Source: a virus
Strand: one strand, 5' to 3'
DNA length: 64,000 nt
Virus record (IMG/VR): IMGVR_UViG_3300035663_000001
Span: 32,001 to 96,000 of that record
Of this stretch, positions 47,222 through 57,465 are shown one piece after another. The position numbers and the translations under genes were made by a program. The stretch's first letter is position 1. The number at the start of each line of letters is the position of its first letter. The notes under the pieces are model-generated. The model ran no database searches. It was not told where the DNA came from and saw only the letters and a program-made list of their open reading frames with translations.

Positions 47222-47551
47222 ATGATGTATGCCCTTTATGTAGTTTGGTATTTGTTTAATTTTGTGTTGAGAGCATTTTATATTTCCATATTTTGGAAAT
47301 GGTTTGTTGTTAAACAATTTACTAACTTTCCCTTATTAGGGCCTGCTCATTTTATTGGAGTGTTGCTTTTATTGCAGCTCTTTAAAACTAAAGAGGTAGT
47401 TGATTTGTTTAATCAAACTTCTGTGGTTATTCAATTAGCAGCTAAACAAGCCACTTCTTCCTATTTGTTTTTTAAATTATTTTATGATTTGCTATTTGCC
47501 ACAATTATTTTTGTGGTAGGAGCTATTTTTCACACATTATTAATGTGGTAA
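47222..47551 (+). CDS. Membrane protein
   Basis: About three hydrophobic segments. Confidence 0.65.
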   Translation: MMYALYVVWYLFNFVLRAFYISIFWKWFVVKQFTNFPLLGPAHFIGVLLLLQLFKTKEVVDLFNQTSVVIQLAAKQATSSYLFFKLFYDLLFATIIFVVGAIFHTLLMW

Positions 47552-47573
47552 ATTTTCAATTAAACGGGGTTGT

Positions 47574-47912
47574 ATGTTACAAAAATTAATCTCACTAGGT
47601 CTAGTTGTGTTTATCTTGGGTTGCGTAGAGGAAGATTCTTCTGAAAATTTTAGTGAAAATGAATTTTCTACTCAAGAAGAGTTACCATTTTCTTCTTATG
47701 AAGAAAATAAAGAGGGATTATCCTGTGGTTTGTTTCAAACCATTAAAACTAACGTAGATGGCTCTAAATTTACTTTAGAAGTTCCCGTTATGTGCGATCC
47801 TTTTCAGTTACCATATCATCTAGATCCCTTAGAAGAAATTCTTCCTCATGAAGATGAGGAGATAATGGAACATTATTTTAATACCTCTCCAGATTATTCT
47901 ACCCATACTTAA
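47574..47912 (+). CDS. Putative lipoprotein
   Basis: Signal peptide ending ILG-C. Confidence 0.65.
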   Translation: MLQKLISLGLVVFILGCVEEDSSENFSENEFSTQEELPFSSYEENKEGLSCGLFQTIKTNVDGSKFTLEVPVMCDPFQLPYHLDPLEEILPHEDEEIMEHYFNTSPDYSTHT

Positions 47913-47913
47913 T

Positions 47914-49458
47914 ATGTCAAGTCAAGAAAGTTTAAAGGAAGTAAGATTAAATAAGCACACCATCTTAAATGGTGGTACTTATCCCTTGGCAGAGAAGCAT
48001 CATTCTATTGCTTCTGTTCTTAAAGAAAGCAGTCATAATCATCCGCCCACCTCTATTTCTCCAGACGAGTTATCTGAAGAGTGGAAACTACACGGCAGAA
48101 TTACTAATATTCGTAAGTCTGGAGGAATTACTTTCATCAAGATGACGGATGCTTCTGGGTCAATTCAATTGATTGCTTCTAAGTCATCTCTTTCAAATTA
48201 TCAAGACCTTTATCTTCTTGATCTAGGAGATATTATTGAGATTTCTGGATTATCTTGCCTATCTAAGACGGGAGAAATTTCTATTCTACTCCAAACTTGG
48301 AAAGTGCTAACTAAATCACATCTTCCTCCGCCAGAGAAGTTTTCTGGACTTTCAGATGAAGAAGTTAAGTATCGTCAAAGATATTTAGATCTTCTATCCT
48401 CCGAAGAAACTAGAGCGCGATTTATTGTTCGTTCTATGGTCATTAAGGCTATTAGACAGTTTATGGAGACTCGCTCTTTTATGGAAGTAGAAACTCCAAC
48501 TCTATCTGCTATTAGTTCAGGAGCTAACGCTAAGCCTTTTAATACTTTTCATAACTCTCTAAATTGTTCCTTGCAATTAAGAATTGCTCCAGAACTTTAT
48601 CTAAAAAGATTATTAGTGGGAGGCTATGAAAAGGTATTTGAAATTGGTAAAAATTATCGAAATGAAGGATTGTCGCCTCGACATAATCCAGAATTTACTA
48701 TGCTGGAAAGTTATGAAGCATATGGTAACTTTAAAGATTTGATTTCGCATACCTCTAATCTTTGGAATTTTATTATTTCTTATTTAGAAAATAATTTGCC
48801 TGCTAGTGCATTAAATTATTTTAATAATTGGATGGTTAATTCTCCTATTGATTGGAGTAGATTTCATTCTGTTTCCATGCTCAATTCCATTGAATATGCT
48901 GCTCATAAGTCTGGAATTGATTTATCAACACTGCAAGTGCAACAAGAAAATAATCCTAGACTGCAGAAAATTTCTCTGCCAGATCTTTCAGAGGCAGTCA
49001 AGAATGTTTCTTCTGGTTCCAAAATTGGAATTTTATTCGAGCACCTAGTTGAACCTTTTCTAACTGAAGATTATAGGAATGAAAATGGCACTAAATCAGT
49101 GCCAGTCTTTATTACTGATTATCCAAAAGATATTTCTCCGTTAGCCAGAGCCTCAGATCAAGACCCTAATTTTTGCGATAGGTTTGAGCTTTTTGTTAAT
49201 GGTCAAGAATTAGCGAATGCTTTCCAAGAATTAAATGACCCTCAAGAACAATTTTTAAGATTTCAACAGCAATTGTCATCCTCCGAAAAGGATCCAATGG
49301 CTTTTGACCAAGATTATATTGAAGCATTAGAATATGGAATGCCTCCCGCTATCGGTCTAGGTCTAGGTATCGATCGCTTAGTTTCCTTTCTAACTAATTC
49401 TTCTAACATCAAAGATGTAATACTTTTCCCTACCTTAAAGCCTATTGAATTAAAATAA
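47914..49458 (+). CDS. lysS: Lysyl-tRNA synthetase, class II
   Basis: OB anticodon domain, YRQRYLDL, LRIAPELYLKRL, YRNEG...HNPEF, GMPP...GIDRL and DVILFP. Confidence 0.95.
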   Translation: MSSQESLKEVRLNKHTILNGGTYPLAEKHHSIASVLKESSHNHPPTSISPDELSEEWKLHGRITNIRKSGGITFIKMTDASGSIQLIASKSSLSNYQDLYLLDLGDIIEISGLSCLSKTGEISILLQTWKVLTKSHLPPPEKFSGLSDEEVKYRQRYLDLLSSEETRARFIVRSMVIKAIRQFMETRSFMEVETPTLSAISSGANAKPFNTFHNSLNCSLQLRIAPELYLKRLLVGGYEKVFEIGKNYRNEGLSPRHNPEFTMLESYEAYGNFKDLISHTSNLWNFIISYLENNLPASALNYFNNWMVNSPIDWSRFHSVSMLNSIEYAAHKSGIDLSTLQVQQENNPRLQKISLPDLSEAVKNVSSGSKIGILFEHLVEPFLTEDYRNENGTKSVPVFITDYPKDISPLARASDQDPNFCDRFELFVNGQELANAFQELNDPQEQFLRFQQQLSSSEKDPMAFDQDYIEALEYGMPPAIGLGLGIDRLVSFLTNSSNIKDVILFPTLKPIELK

Positions 49459-49459
49459 T

Positions 49460-50479
49460 ATGGATAATTTAATTTTAGCATCTAATAAATGTCCTCCGGG
49501 TTTTATTGATTGTGCTATTGGTGAACCACATGTAGTTCGAGACAATCTATTAAATTCTTTTAATTTAGATGATAAAATTTTAGATTCCTTATCCGCTGAA
49601 GATCTTATTTATCCTGCTCCAGCAGGATATGGACCATTAGTTAAATATCTAGAAGATAAGTACCACTATCCAGTGGTTATTACTAATGGAGCTAAACAAG
49701 CTTTAGGTGCTTGTTTCTATGCTTGGAAAAAAATGGGGTGGAGTCAATATACCATGAAAAAACCATTTTGGGCTTTGATTCCACCTCTATCATCCATCCA
49801 TAACATGGAATGTTCTTTTTATGCCAATCAAGGAAAATTACCGTTTCTCTTATTAGATCCTAATAATCCAAATGGTGATTCTGTAAAGGTAGAGGAACTA
49901 ATAAATTTAGAAAAAAAATATTCCGTTTTTCATGTTCCGTTAGTTCATGATGCGGCTTATTATAATCACATTTACTTGCCTACCGAACATCCATTACCAG
50001 TTATTGGTGACGCTCAAATATATTCAGTTTCTAAAATGTTAGGTCTGTCTGGACTTCGTTTAGGATATGTAGTATGTAAAAATAAGTTAATGCATTCATA
50101 TATTACAGAATATATGGAGGCTATGACTGTTGGCGTGTCTATTTTGTCTCAGAAGTTTTATTTTCAGATCTTAGCTAAACATTTAGACCTGTACCCTCAA
50201 ACTACGCTCAATTTTGAGCGGACTAGTGCTGCCGATATTTTACATAATAAAAAGCTATGTAAAGAAATAAATCCTAACATTTTGTTAGTTCCAGAAGATA
50301 TTGAACAACAGTTTGGAATGTTTGGATTTTTTAAATGCCATAATGTCTTAGCATTTGAGCAAGCAAAAATTAAAATAATTCAGGGAGCACCTTTTGGCGC
50401 GCCAGGATTCATTAGAATGAACTTAGCCATTCCTCGTTCTTTGATGCAAGAAGTAGTAACTCGTCTCAATAATACTTAA
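49460..50479 (+). CDS. PLP-dependent aminotransferase, class I/II
   Basis: PNNPNG, DAAY and SVSKxxGLSGLRLG. Confidence 0.9.
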   Translation: MDNLILASNKCPPGFIDCAIGEPHVVRDNLLNSFNLDDKILDSLSAEDLIYPAPAGYGPLVKYLEDKYHYPVVITNGAKQALGACFYAWKKMGWSQYTMKKPFWALIPPLSSIHNMECSFYANQGKLPFLLLDPNNPNGDSVKVEELINLEKKYSVFHVPLVHDAAYYNHIYLPTEHPLPVIGDAQIYSVSKMLGLSGLRLGYVVCKNKLMHSYITEYMEAMTVGVSILSQKFYFQILAKHLDLYPQTTLNFERTSAADILHNKKLCKEINPNILLVPEDIEQQFGMFGFFKCHNVLAFEQAKIKIIQGAPFGAPGFIRMNLAIPRSLMQEVVTRLNNT

Positions 50480-50482
50480 ATT

Positions 50483-50683
50483 ATGGTCAAGCTTCCTTTT
50501 CAAACTATTGAAGATTTTGCTCTCTATTTAATTAGGATGGCTGCTGCCGGTGATTCAGAATATTATTTTAAATTGTATTTTAATTACTTAGCCGAATGCG
50601 GCTGGACCGATCAAGAGTTTAATCAAGAGCTCTTACGGCAGATTGATGATTCTTGGTCATTAGATATTAATTCTTTACATTAA
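50483..50683 (+). CDS. Small CGW-motif protein
   Basis: YLAECGW; paralog of 29599 and 30473. Confidence 0.6.
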   Translation: MVKLPFQTIEDFALYLIRMAAAGDSEYYFKLYFNYLAECGWTDQEFNQELLRQIDDSWSLDINSLH

Positions 50684-50688
50684 AACAT

Positions 50689-51309
50689 ATGCAAGTTAAA
50701 AATAGAACCTCCCCTGATTTTTCTCTAACTTCTGAAGTACACCAACAAGCTATGGCTGCGGGCACTTCTCATTTTAGTACCTGGCAATATAATGTTACAG
50801 ATGCTCTTAAAGGAAAATCTGTAGAAGAAATTAAACAAGTTTTACGATCAACTGCGCATCCATTTTCCGTTCTCATGGAACGTTGGGTGGGTGATTTTAA
50901 TTTTGGCACAATGATTCGTAATGCCAATGCTTTTAATGCTCAAAAAGTTTTTTATCTGGGAGATAAGAAATGGGATCGGCGTTCTGCTTTAGGCACCCAT
51001 AATTATACAGATTTGCAGTGGCTTTCTACCGTGGAAGAAATATCAACTCTTCAATCCCAATATACTATTGTTGGAGTAGATAATATTACAGGCAAGTCTG
51101 TTCCACTTACTAACTATCAATTTGTGCCTAATACCCTCTTCATTTTTGGAGAGGAAGGTGTGGGATTAACTCCCCAGATGCAATCTTTCTGCCAAGATAT
51201 TGTAGAAATTGAAATGTATGGATCTGTTCGCAGTCTTAACTGCGGAGTAGCTTCTGGTATTTTAATGCACCAATATGTTTCTTGGTGGAAGTCTACTCAT
51301 CAGAGTTAA
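50689..51309 (+). CDS. SpoU/TrmH-family RNA methyltransferase
   Basis: NFGTMIRNA, FIFGEEGVG and IxMYGSVRSLN. Confidence 0.92.
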   Translation: MQVKNRTSPDFSLTSEVHQQAMAAGTSHFSTWQYNVTDALKGKSVEEIKQVLRSTAHPFSVLMERWVGDFNFGTMIRNANAFNAQKVFYLGDKKWDRRSALGTHNYTDLQWLSTVEEISTLQSQYTIVGVDNITGKSVPLTNYQFVPNTLFIFGEEGVGLTPQMQSFCQDIVEIEMYGSVRSLNCGVASGILMHQYVSWWKSTHQS

Positions 51310-51331
51310 TTTTAAAAATAAGCGCTGGCAC

Positions 51332-51359
51332 TTGACACGGTATTTAAAAAAAATACAAT
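51332..51359 (+). promoter_or_regulatory. Sigma70-type promoter
   Basis: TTGACA-N16-TACAAT with an AT-rich upstream tract. Confidence 0.55.
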
Positions 51360-51402
51360 AATAAGAGATTCCCCATTCAACATTAACACAAAGGAAAATA
51401 AT

Positions 51403-51642
51403 ATGTCAAAACGCGGTAAACCAGTTACTCAGGCTATTCGTACAGAGCGTCGTCTTCGGGCAGAAAAAATGTTAGAAGAGTACCATCAAAAATATCCAAC
51501 TACCCAAGATAAGTTAAACGCTTTGCCTCCTACTGGAGCAACTCGTCAGAGGCAACGTTTGCTAGCTAAATTAGCAGAAGAACAAAAAGTATCAGCTGCT
51601 ACTGAGCAGACCACTAATAAAAATAAAAAAGAAGGTAAGTGA
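51403..51642 (+). CDS. Basic hypothetical protein
   Basis: SD AAGGA. Confidence 0.65.
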   Translation: MSKRGKPVTQAIRTERRLRAEKMLEEYHQKYPTTQDKLNALPPTGATRQRQRLLAKLAEEQKVSAATEQTTNKNKKEGK

Positions 51643-51846
51643 TGTTAGTTGTAATTTGTATCTTAGCTACATTTTTCCCCTTATTAGGTGGGGTAGCTTT
51701 CCATCTTCATCAAGCTAATGGGGAGCGTCTCAAAAAGGCTTATATGGCTTATAAAGCCAATGATCCTTTTGTAGATGTGAAGGATTCAACTCTATCTACT
51801 GACACTAAATAATAACACTCAGAGCTAAGTGCAAAGCGGGTAAAAT

Positions 51847-52572
51847 ATGAGCGTAGCAATATACGTTTCAGATTCTGGCAATAAAAAAATTATGGGGTCA
51901 CATAAAGCAGATGCTACTTATGTTTCTATTAAGGCGTCTTGCCCGACTGATTGCCCATTAATGGGAGAAGGATGCTATGCCCAAACATCTTATGTTGGGA
52001 TAACTAATGCCCGTCTCGATCAAAAGTCAGAGCACATTTCTCCCGTGCAAGCGGCGCAGGCTGAAGTCAAAGCTATTGATTCTGCTTATCAAGGAGGAGA
52101 TGTTCCAGCACATCGAGATCTAAGATTGCATGTCGCCGGAGATTCTCGGACTATTACTGGAACTCGTTTGATCAATAAAGCGATTGCTCGCTGGAAAAAA
52201 AGAGGAGGAGGAGACTGTTGGTCTTATACTCACGCTTGGAAAAAAGTTCCTCGACATGAATGGTCTCAAGTATCTATTTTAGCTTCAGTTACCTCTACCG
52301 CAGAGGTAGAGTTGGCTAGACAGCAAGGTTATGCTCCGGCTATTGTGGTTCCAGAACATACCACCACTAAAGCTTATTCTTTACCAGGGTCTGATGTTAA
52401 GTGGATTCCTTGCCCAGCTCAAACAAAGCCGGGAGGCAAAGAAATTGGATGTACTGATTGTCGATTATGCTTCAATGCTGATCGATTGTATCGAGACCAG
52501 ATGGGTATTTCTTTTGCCGCACATGGAGTTAAACAAAATAATCTTAAACGTCGATTAATAGTTTTAAAGTGA
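51847..52572 (+). CDS. Cys-rich phage protein, possibly Fe-S binding
   Basis: CPxxCPLxxxGCYA, RLHVAGD, WSYTH, CPAQ and CxxCxLC. Confidence 0.75.
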   Translation: MSVAIYVSDSGNKKIMGSHKADATYVSIKASCPTDCPLMGEGCYAQTSYVGITNARLDQKSEHISPVQAAQAEVKAIDSAYQGGDVPAHRDLRLHVAGDSRTITGTRLINKAIARWKKRGGGDCWSYTHAWKKVPRHEWSQVSILASVTSTAEVELARQQGYAPAIVVPEHTTTKAYSLPGSDVKWIPCPAQTKPGGKEIGCTDCRLCFNADRLYRDQMGISFAAHGVKQNNLKRRLIVLK

Positions 52573-52573
52573 A

Positions 52574-53194
52574 ATGCAGGTTTTACCTTTAGTTAACCAG
52601 TATAATTATTGTTTCATTGATGAGAACAATCAAACCCTTTCCTTAGGAAAGGAATTGGGATCTGGCGCAGATGGTCAAGTATTTAATATCATTGAGTGCC
52701 CAGATAAAGTAATTAAATTGGGGGCTTATTACGAGCCGCCATATTCTACGGATAAAAATATCGAACATACTTGGATTCACTTATCGAAAGTATTACACTC
52801 AATATTATTATCAAATAATAACTTGCTCGCTAAAGTTTATTATTATGATAAATTAGGAGTCCATACTAGAACGATAAATAATCAGCCGCAAAGATTTTTA
52901 CTTTATTATTATATTATGGAAAAACTCCATCCTCTGTCAGAGGATGAAATTAAAGTTTTTCATTCTTTAGTCTCTCATGAAGATCAAAATAAAATAAAGA
53001 AATATTCTTCATTAGAAATTAATAAAATATTACAAGGCTTATCGATTGGGCTTGACTTCGACTTACACAAGGTTATGTTTTTTTGTAAAAATTTAAATAA
53101 ATTAACTATCCAACATTCGGATCTTCATCCAAGAAATCTTATGAAGGATAGTGATGGAAACTTTAAACTTATAGATTTTGATAGAACAAAATAG
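52574..53194 (+). CDS. Protein-kinase-fold enzyme
   Basis: LGSGADGQV, VIK, HSDLHPRN and LIDFD. Confidence 0.8.
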   Translation: MQVLPLVNQYNYCFIDENNQTLSLGKELGSGADGQVFNIIECPDKVIKLGAYYEPPYSTDKNIEHTWIHLSKVLHSILLSNNNLLAKVYYYDKLGVHTRTINNQPQRFLLYYYIMEKLHPLSEDEIKVFHSLVSHEDQNKIKKYSSLEINKILQGLSIGLDFDLHKVMFFCKNLNKLTIQHSDLHPRNLMKDSDGNFKLIDFDRTK

Positions 53195-53203
53195 GAGATA
53201 ATT

Positions 53204-53485
53204 ATGGCAAATATTGATTTATCGTTACTCAAGTCACTAGTGGCAGAATTAGAAGCCAGTATGAAAACCACAGAAGAGAATAAAAAAACTGCGGAAAAGC
53301 ATCAGTATGTACTTAACATGTCTAAATGTATGGGCCTTGCGGTTAGTATCGCAAATGAGTCTACCGCACTCATTGCTGACATGAAGAGTGTTATTGCTCA
53401 ATCTTCTATTCCGGGTAAAGAAGATGCTTTAGCTAAAATTATTAGTGTGTTAGCTAATCCCAATGGTTTACCAGAAACTAATTGA
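53204..53485 (+). CDS. Hypothetical protein
   Basis: SD AGGAG. Confidence 0.7.
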   Translation: MANIDLSLLKSLVAELEASMKTTEENKKTAEKHQYVLNMSKCMGLAVSIANESTALIADMKSVIAQSSIPGKEDALAKIISVLANPNGLPETN

Positions 53486-53499
53486 TAAAAGGATTGATT

Positions 53500-53772
53500 A
53501 TGTCAAATAAGTTAAATGATGTTAAGGTGTTAGCTGCCAAAATTGAGAATTTGGCTCGTGATGTTCAAAAGCAAGTAGATTCTGAGACTGATTTCTTGCC
53601 TGTTGCGAACGAGTTAGTTCGTAATAATTTGACTTTTGTTTTCACGTTGGGCGAATTTTATGCGCTCCAGCAGTCCAAAAATAAAAAAAATAACGGAGCC
53701 CTAGCCACAGCTGGAAACAAGACGTACTATAATGTACGTGACTTGCGAGGCAGATTCGTTAAGTCAGTCTAA
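53500..53772 (+). CDS. Hypothetical protein ending RDxRGRFVK
   Basis: SD AAGGA. Confidence 0.7.
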   Translation: MSNKLNDVKVLAAKIENLARDVQKQVDSETDFLPVANELVRNNLTFVFTLGEFYALQQSKNKKNNGALATAGNKTYYNVRDLRGRFVKSV

Positions 53773-53795
53773 TTTCTGACTAAGACACTCATCTT

Positions 53796-54050
53796 ATGAA
53801 AAGATTTAAGACCAATCTACACTTGTTAAGTAGGAAAGCGCCACTGTTAGTATTAGTCTCAATGATGAATACTATTATTTGCTCTACCATTGCTCTAGTG
53901 GTGATGTTAGAACTGACTCAAGCGTATCCTACTTCTAAATGGCCATTGGTAATTGGGATTTTAATTGCCCTGGTTGTCTGGGCCTGGATAGCATACAACC
54001 ATAAAATTGTTAATTACATTAACACAGATAAGGAAGAAAAACATGAATAA
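53796..54050 (+). CDS. Small membrane protein
   Basis: Two hydrophobic segments. Confidence 0.6.
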   Translation: MKRFKTNLHLLSRKAPLLVLVSMMNTIICSTIALVVMLELTQAYPTSKWPLVIGILIALVVWAWIAYNHKIVNYINTDKEEKHE

Positions 54051-54450
54051 CCCTACTAAGGATAAATTACTACAAGATATCAATCAATTAATTGATTCGA
54101 CAGATGAAGTTCTCAATAGCTGGTCTGGAGATACCAATCTACAATTCCCTGTTTTATTAGGAATGATTGCTGTTCGTAATAACTGGGATGAGAAACAGGT
54201 ACGACGGGCCGATCCTTTTGTCCGAGAATATATTCGGAACCATCCTGAATGGTATGTCACTCGTGGTGCTCATGGCGGCATTATGAGGGCAGCTGATAAA
54301 AATAAAAAAGAACAAGCTAAACTGTCTAAAGAGTTGACTAAAAAACAAATGAAAAGTGATTTAGAGGCTAAGGTAGCTGCGATGGAAAGCAAAGTAACCT
54401 CACAGGTTACCTCAGATGTATCCGAGGATGATTCGGCAGAAAACGAGTGA
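54043..54450 (+). CDS. Hypothetical protein with RGAHGG motif
   Basis: SD AAGGA; motif shared with 41614. Confidence 0.7.
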   Translation: MNNPTKDKLLQDINQLIDSTDEVLNSWSGDTNLQFPVLLGMIAVRNNWDEKQVRRADPFVREYIRNHPEWYVTRGAHGGIMRAADKNKKEQAKLSKELTKKQMKSDLEAKVAAMESKVTSQVTSDVSEDDSAENE

Positions 54451-54557
54451 TATAGGAATCATGCCCCTTACGAGATACGAAGGGGCCATTATTCTTAGAT
54501 AATAGAATCTAGATATCTAGATGTCTAAAGACGCCGACAAGGCATAGAAAGGTTCAT

Positions 54558-55124
54558 ATGAAAAGTATTTTTTTAACATCTCTATTAGCAGTTAGTTTAA
54601 TGTCTTGCTCGGCTTGTGCAGGAAATTCGTCCTCTAACGGAGGGAATACGGTAGATTTGCCTGCTACCATTGTTCCCTCTGCAGAACCTACTGAAGTTCC
54701 AGTACCCAAACCACCAGAGAAATTTACATTTTCCCAAGAAAATTGGGAGTTTACGTTGCCAGAACCATGGCCCCTAGAAGGAGAGCAAGGAGAATGTACT
54801 CCACAAAATTGTGGGGTTGTCTTACGATCTCCCAATCGTGAGGCCATGGTAATTTTCATTAGGGAAACTTTTAATGAATCATTTGATACTTTTGTAATTC
54901 TTTCACTGAGAAGTCTCAAAGGAATTGATGCAGAAGTAATTTCTGCCGATCCAGTTATGATAAATGGTCATAATTTTGTATTAATTAAAGCCCTCAAGAA
55001 TGAGGTAATTGTAGATAATTGGGTGACTGTCAAGAATAATAATGCATATAATTTATCTTGCGGCGGATTTGGAGATAATGCTGAATTATGTTCGCAGATA
55101 GCGGCTAGTTTAATTATTAGGTAA
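54558..55124 (+). CDS. Putative lipoprotein
   Basis: Signal peptide with Cys (SLMS-C or CSA-C) and a Pro-rich linker. Confidence 0.7.
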   Translation: MKSIFLTSLLAVSLMSCSACAGNSSSNGGNTVDLPATIVPSAEPTEVPVPKPPEKFTFSQENWEFTLPEPWPLEGEQGECTPQNCGVVLRSPNREAMVIFIRETFNESFDTFVILSLRSLKGIDAEVISADPVMINGHNFVLIKALKNEVIVDNWVTVKNNNAYNLSCGGFGDNAELCSQIAASLIIR

Positions 55125-55336
55125 TGTCAATAAAAAACACCTTTCTAGACATTGAAGAAATAAATGAGGCTAATAAGGAACGTCTACTACAAATTAGACA
55201 GAACTTATTTGCCTCATGTGTTCGCAATGCTCAAAATGAAGAAAGAAAAGGGATGTATTTAATATCGGTTATTATTTTTACTGAGTTTGAAAGATTAACC
55301 CGACATATTACCGAGCCGGATATAATTAAAAATTAA
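55124..55336 (+). CDS. Hypothetical protein
   Basis: TAATG overlap. Confidence 0.55.
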   Translation: MSIKNTFLDIEEINEANKERLLQIRQNLFASCVRNAQNEERKGMYLISVIIFTEFERLTRHITEPDIIKN

Positions 55337-55674
55337 ACCAAAATTTCTTGAAATCCTAAATCAAAATCCTTTTGAAAGTTTTCTTTCAAAGAACTTTTAA
55401 CTGCTAAGTTAATTAACTTATCTCTTTTTTCTTTATGTTTATTAATAGTCTCTTGTTTATTCTTGTCTAGATTAAGAGTAAAAGCTATCGTCTGTTCAGC
55501 TGGCATAGTAACATGAGATACATAGACTAAACCATCCATAACTAATGGAAACTTTTTGAAGAGATCTTCAATAGAGTTTCTGACTATTTTTTTAACTAAA
55601 TTAATCTCAGGTTTAGCGGCTTGCTTTTGTTGATAAAGCCAAGCCCATCTTAACATGTATCCCGTTTTATTCAT
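55333..55674 (-). CDS. Hypothetical protein
   Basis: Only long ORF in the gap. Confidence 0.6.
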   Translation of the reverse strand: MNKTGYMLRWAWLYQQKQAAKPEINLVKKIVRNSIEDLFKKFPLVMDGLVYVSHVTMPAEQTIAFTLNLDKNKQETINKHKEKRDKLINLAVKSSLKENFQKDFDLGFQEILV

Positions 55675-55714
55675 ATTATCAATGCGTTTAAATTGACAGC
55701 CTTAGGTGCAACTA

Positions 55715-56026
55715 ATGTTAAAATTAACAGAAAAAAAAAATCTATCACGACTAATTAAGAGAGAAATTAGGAAATCGGTAAATGCCGAATCCAATTGCCC
55801 CATCTCTATTATTGATGGAGATAGCCCACCTATATTAGTAGGTGAGTCCTATCATTATCAAAATAAATCAGGGGATAAGATTCAATATCCCAATGCTTAT
55901 CGAAAAGCTTGGGGCAAACCAGTTTATATTAATTCTACTCGTCGTATTGAAGTAGGATCAGATTGGTTACTTAACCAAATGAGCCTGTACAATTTTAGAT
56001 TATTGCGTTTGAAAGTTCTCCAATAA
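55715..56026 (+). CDS. Hypothetical protein ending FRLLRLKVLQ
   Basis: ORF; tail resembles the repeat-gene tail. Confidence 0.6.
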   Translation: MLKLTEKKNLSRLIKREIRKSVNAESNCPISIIDGDSPPILVGESYHYQNKSGDKIQYPNAYRKAWGKPVYINSTRRIEVGSDWLLNQMSLYNFRLLRLKVLQ

Positions 56027-56027
56027 G

Positions 56028-56855
56028 ATGGACAATATTTTATTAATTGATGGTTTAAATTTTATCTGGAGAGCCTGTATCAAATTTGGAGTACCACCAG
56101 TAGCCGATGTGGATGATACTACTATCTTTACTTTTAACTTCTTTAGAAATCTCAGGCCAATCATTGAAGATTTTAAACCACATAAATGCTTCTTCGTCTT
56201 AGAAGGTCATCCTCAATTTAGATACGATCTATTCGCCGATTATAAAGCCAACAGAATTATCAAACAAGCTTCTAAACAAGAAACTCGAGATAAGTTTTAC
56301 GCCACTAAAGAAAAAATATTGCAATTAATGCAATTTCTTCCCATCACTTTATGTCGAGCGGAAGCTTATGAAGCCGATGATGTGATTGCCACTCTGTGTG
56401 ATAATATGCAGTTAGAGTCATTAACTATTATCAGTAGCGATTCTGATTTTACTCAGTTATTACAAAGAAATTATCCTCATATTCAAATTTATAATCCCAT
56501 TAAAAAAATATTTGTCGAAGCGCCACCTTATCCTTATGTCGCTCATAAATGTTTAGTAGGAGATAAGTCAGATAATATTCCTGGCATCTTAAAACCTAAA
56601 AAAGCTTTAGACACTATTAGTCATCCTCAACTATTTCAATCTTTTCTTTCGATCGAAGAAAATCGTGCCAATTTCAATATTAATCGACAATTAATTGAAT
56701 TTAGACACGTTCCTGAAGAAGAAATTATTTTGCTGGATGGTCATGCTAATTTTGATGCTTTGCATCAAGCATTTCAAGAAATGAAATTTGAATCCATTAC
56801 TAATGATAAGTCTTGGCATAAGTATGTGACAACTTTTAATTGCCTAAAATATTAG
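56028..56855 (+). CDS. 5'-3' exonuclease / flap endonuclease (T4 RNase H or T5 D15 type)
   Basis: LLIDG, YKANR, EADD, SSDSDFxQL and GDKSDNIPG. Confidence 0.92.
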   Translation: MDNILLIDGLNFIWRACIKFGVPPVADVDDTTIFTFNFFRNLRPIIEDFKPHKCFFVLEGHPQFRYDLFADYKANRIIKQASKQETRDKFYATKEKILQLMQFLPITLCRAEAYEADDVIATLCDNMQLESLTIISSDSDFTQLLQRNYPHIQIYNPIKKIFVEAPPYPYVAHKCLVGDKSDNIPGILKPKKALDTISHPQLFQSFLSIEENRANFNINRQLIEFRHVPEEEIILLDGHANFDALHQAFQEMKFESITNDKSWHKYVTTFNCLKY

Positions 56856-56862
56856 GATTATT

Positions 56863-57465
56863 ATGCAAATTTTTCTGATAGGTATGCCCCAAAGTGGAAG
56901 AACCACCGTGGCCAAATATATTGCGTCCCATCATAATTATGGATATATTGATGCTACGTCTTGGATTCTCTCCTCTTTTAGAGAGCCATTAGAATCAGAA
57001 ACGATAAGTCAATATCAAGACGCTAAACATACTTGGCTGTTAGAAAGAATAAAAGAAAATCCCAAACTAATTGTTAGCAATATTCAAGATATTATTTCAA
57101 TTAATAAAAAAAATTATCAGACACATCAGTTTGTAATCGATGGTCTCTTTTCTCCCAAAGATTTTACTGAGTTATTTGATTACCATCAAGATATGGTAAT
57201 CTTTGTTAACCGTCTTAATAATCCAGCCGATTATCAAGATTATGAAAACATTGGCGCCTCAGTTATTAGAGATTATTGTTTTTGGTTGTCTTCCGCTGAT
57301 TGCTTACCAAAAGAAAGATGGATAGAATTTAATTTCTCTATTCCAGGAGAAAATAATAATTACATGAGACAAATTGGTAGTAAGAACTCTATCTTTTTAG
57401 TGAAGAATTTAAATAAAGTAAATGAAATTTTAACTGGGTTATTATCTCAACAACCTTATTCTTGA
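56863..57465 (+). CDS. P-loop NMP-kinase-like protein
   Basis: IGMPQSGRTT (variant Walker A) and FVIDG. Confidence 0.65.
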   Translation: MQIFLIGMPQSGRTTVAKYIASHHNYGYIDATSWILSSFREPLESETISQYQDAKHTWLLERIKENPKLIVSNIQDIISINKKNYQTHQFVIDGLFSPKDFTELFDYHQDMVIFVNRLNNPADYQDYENIGASVIRDYCFWLSSADCLPKERWIEFNFSIPGENNNYMRQIGSKNSIFLVKNLNKVNEILTGLLSQQPYS

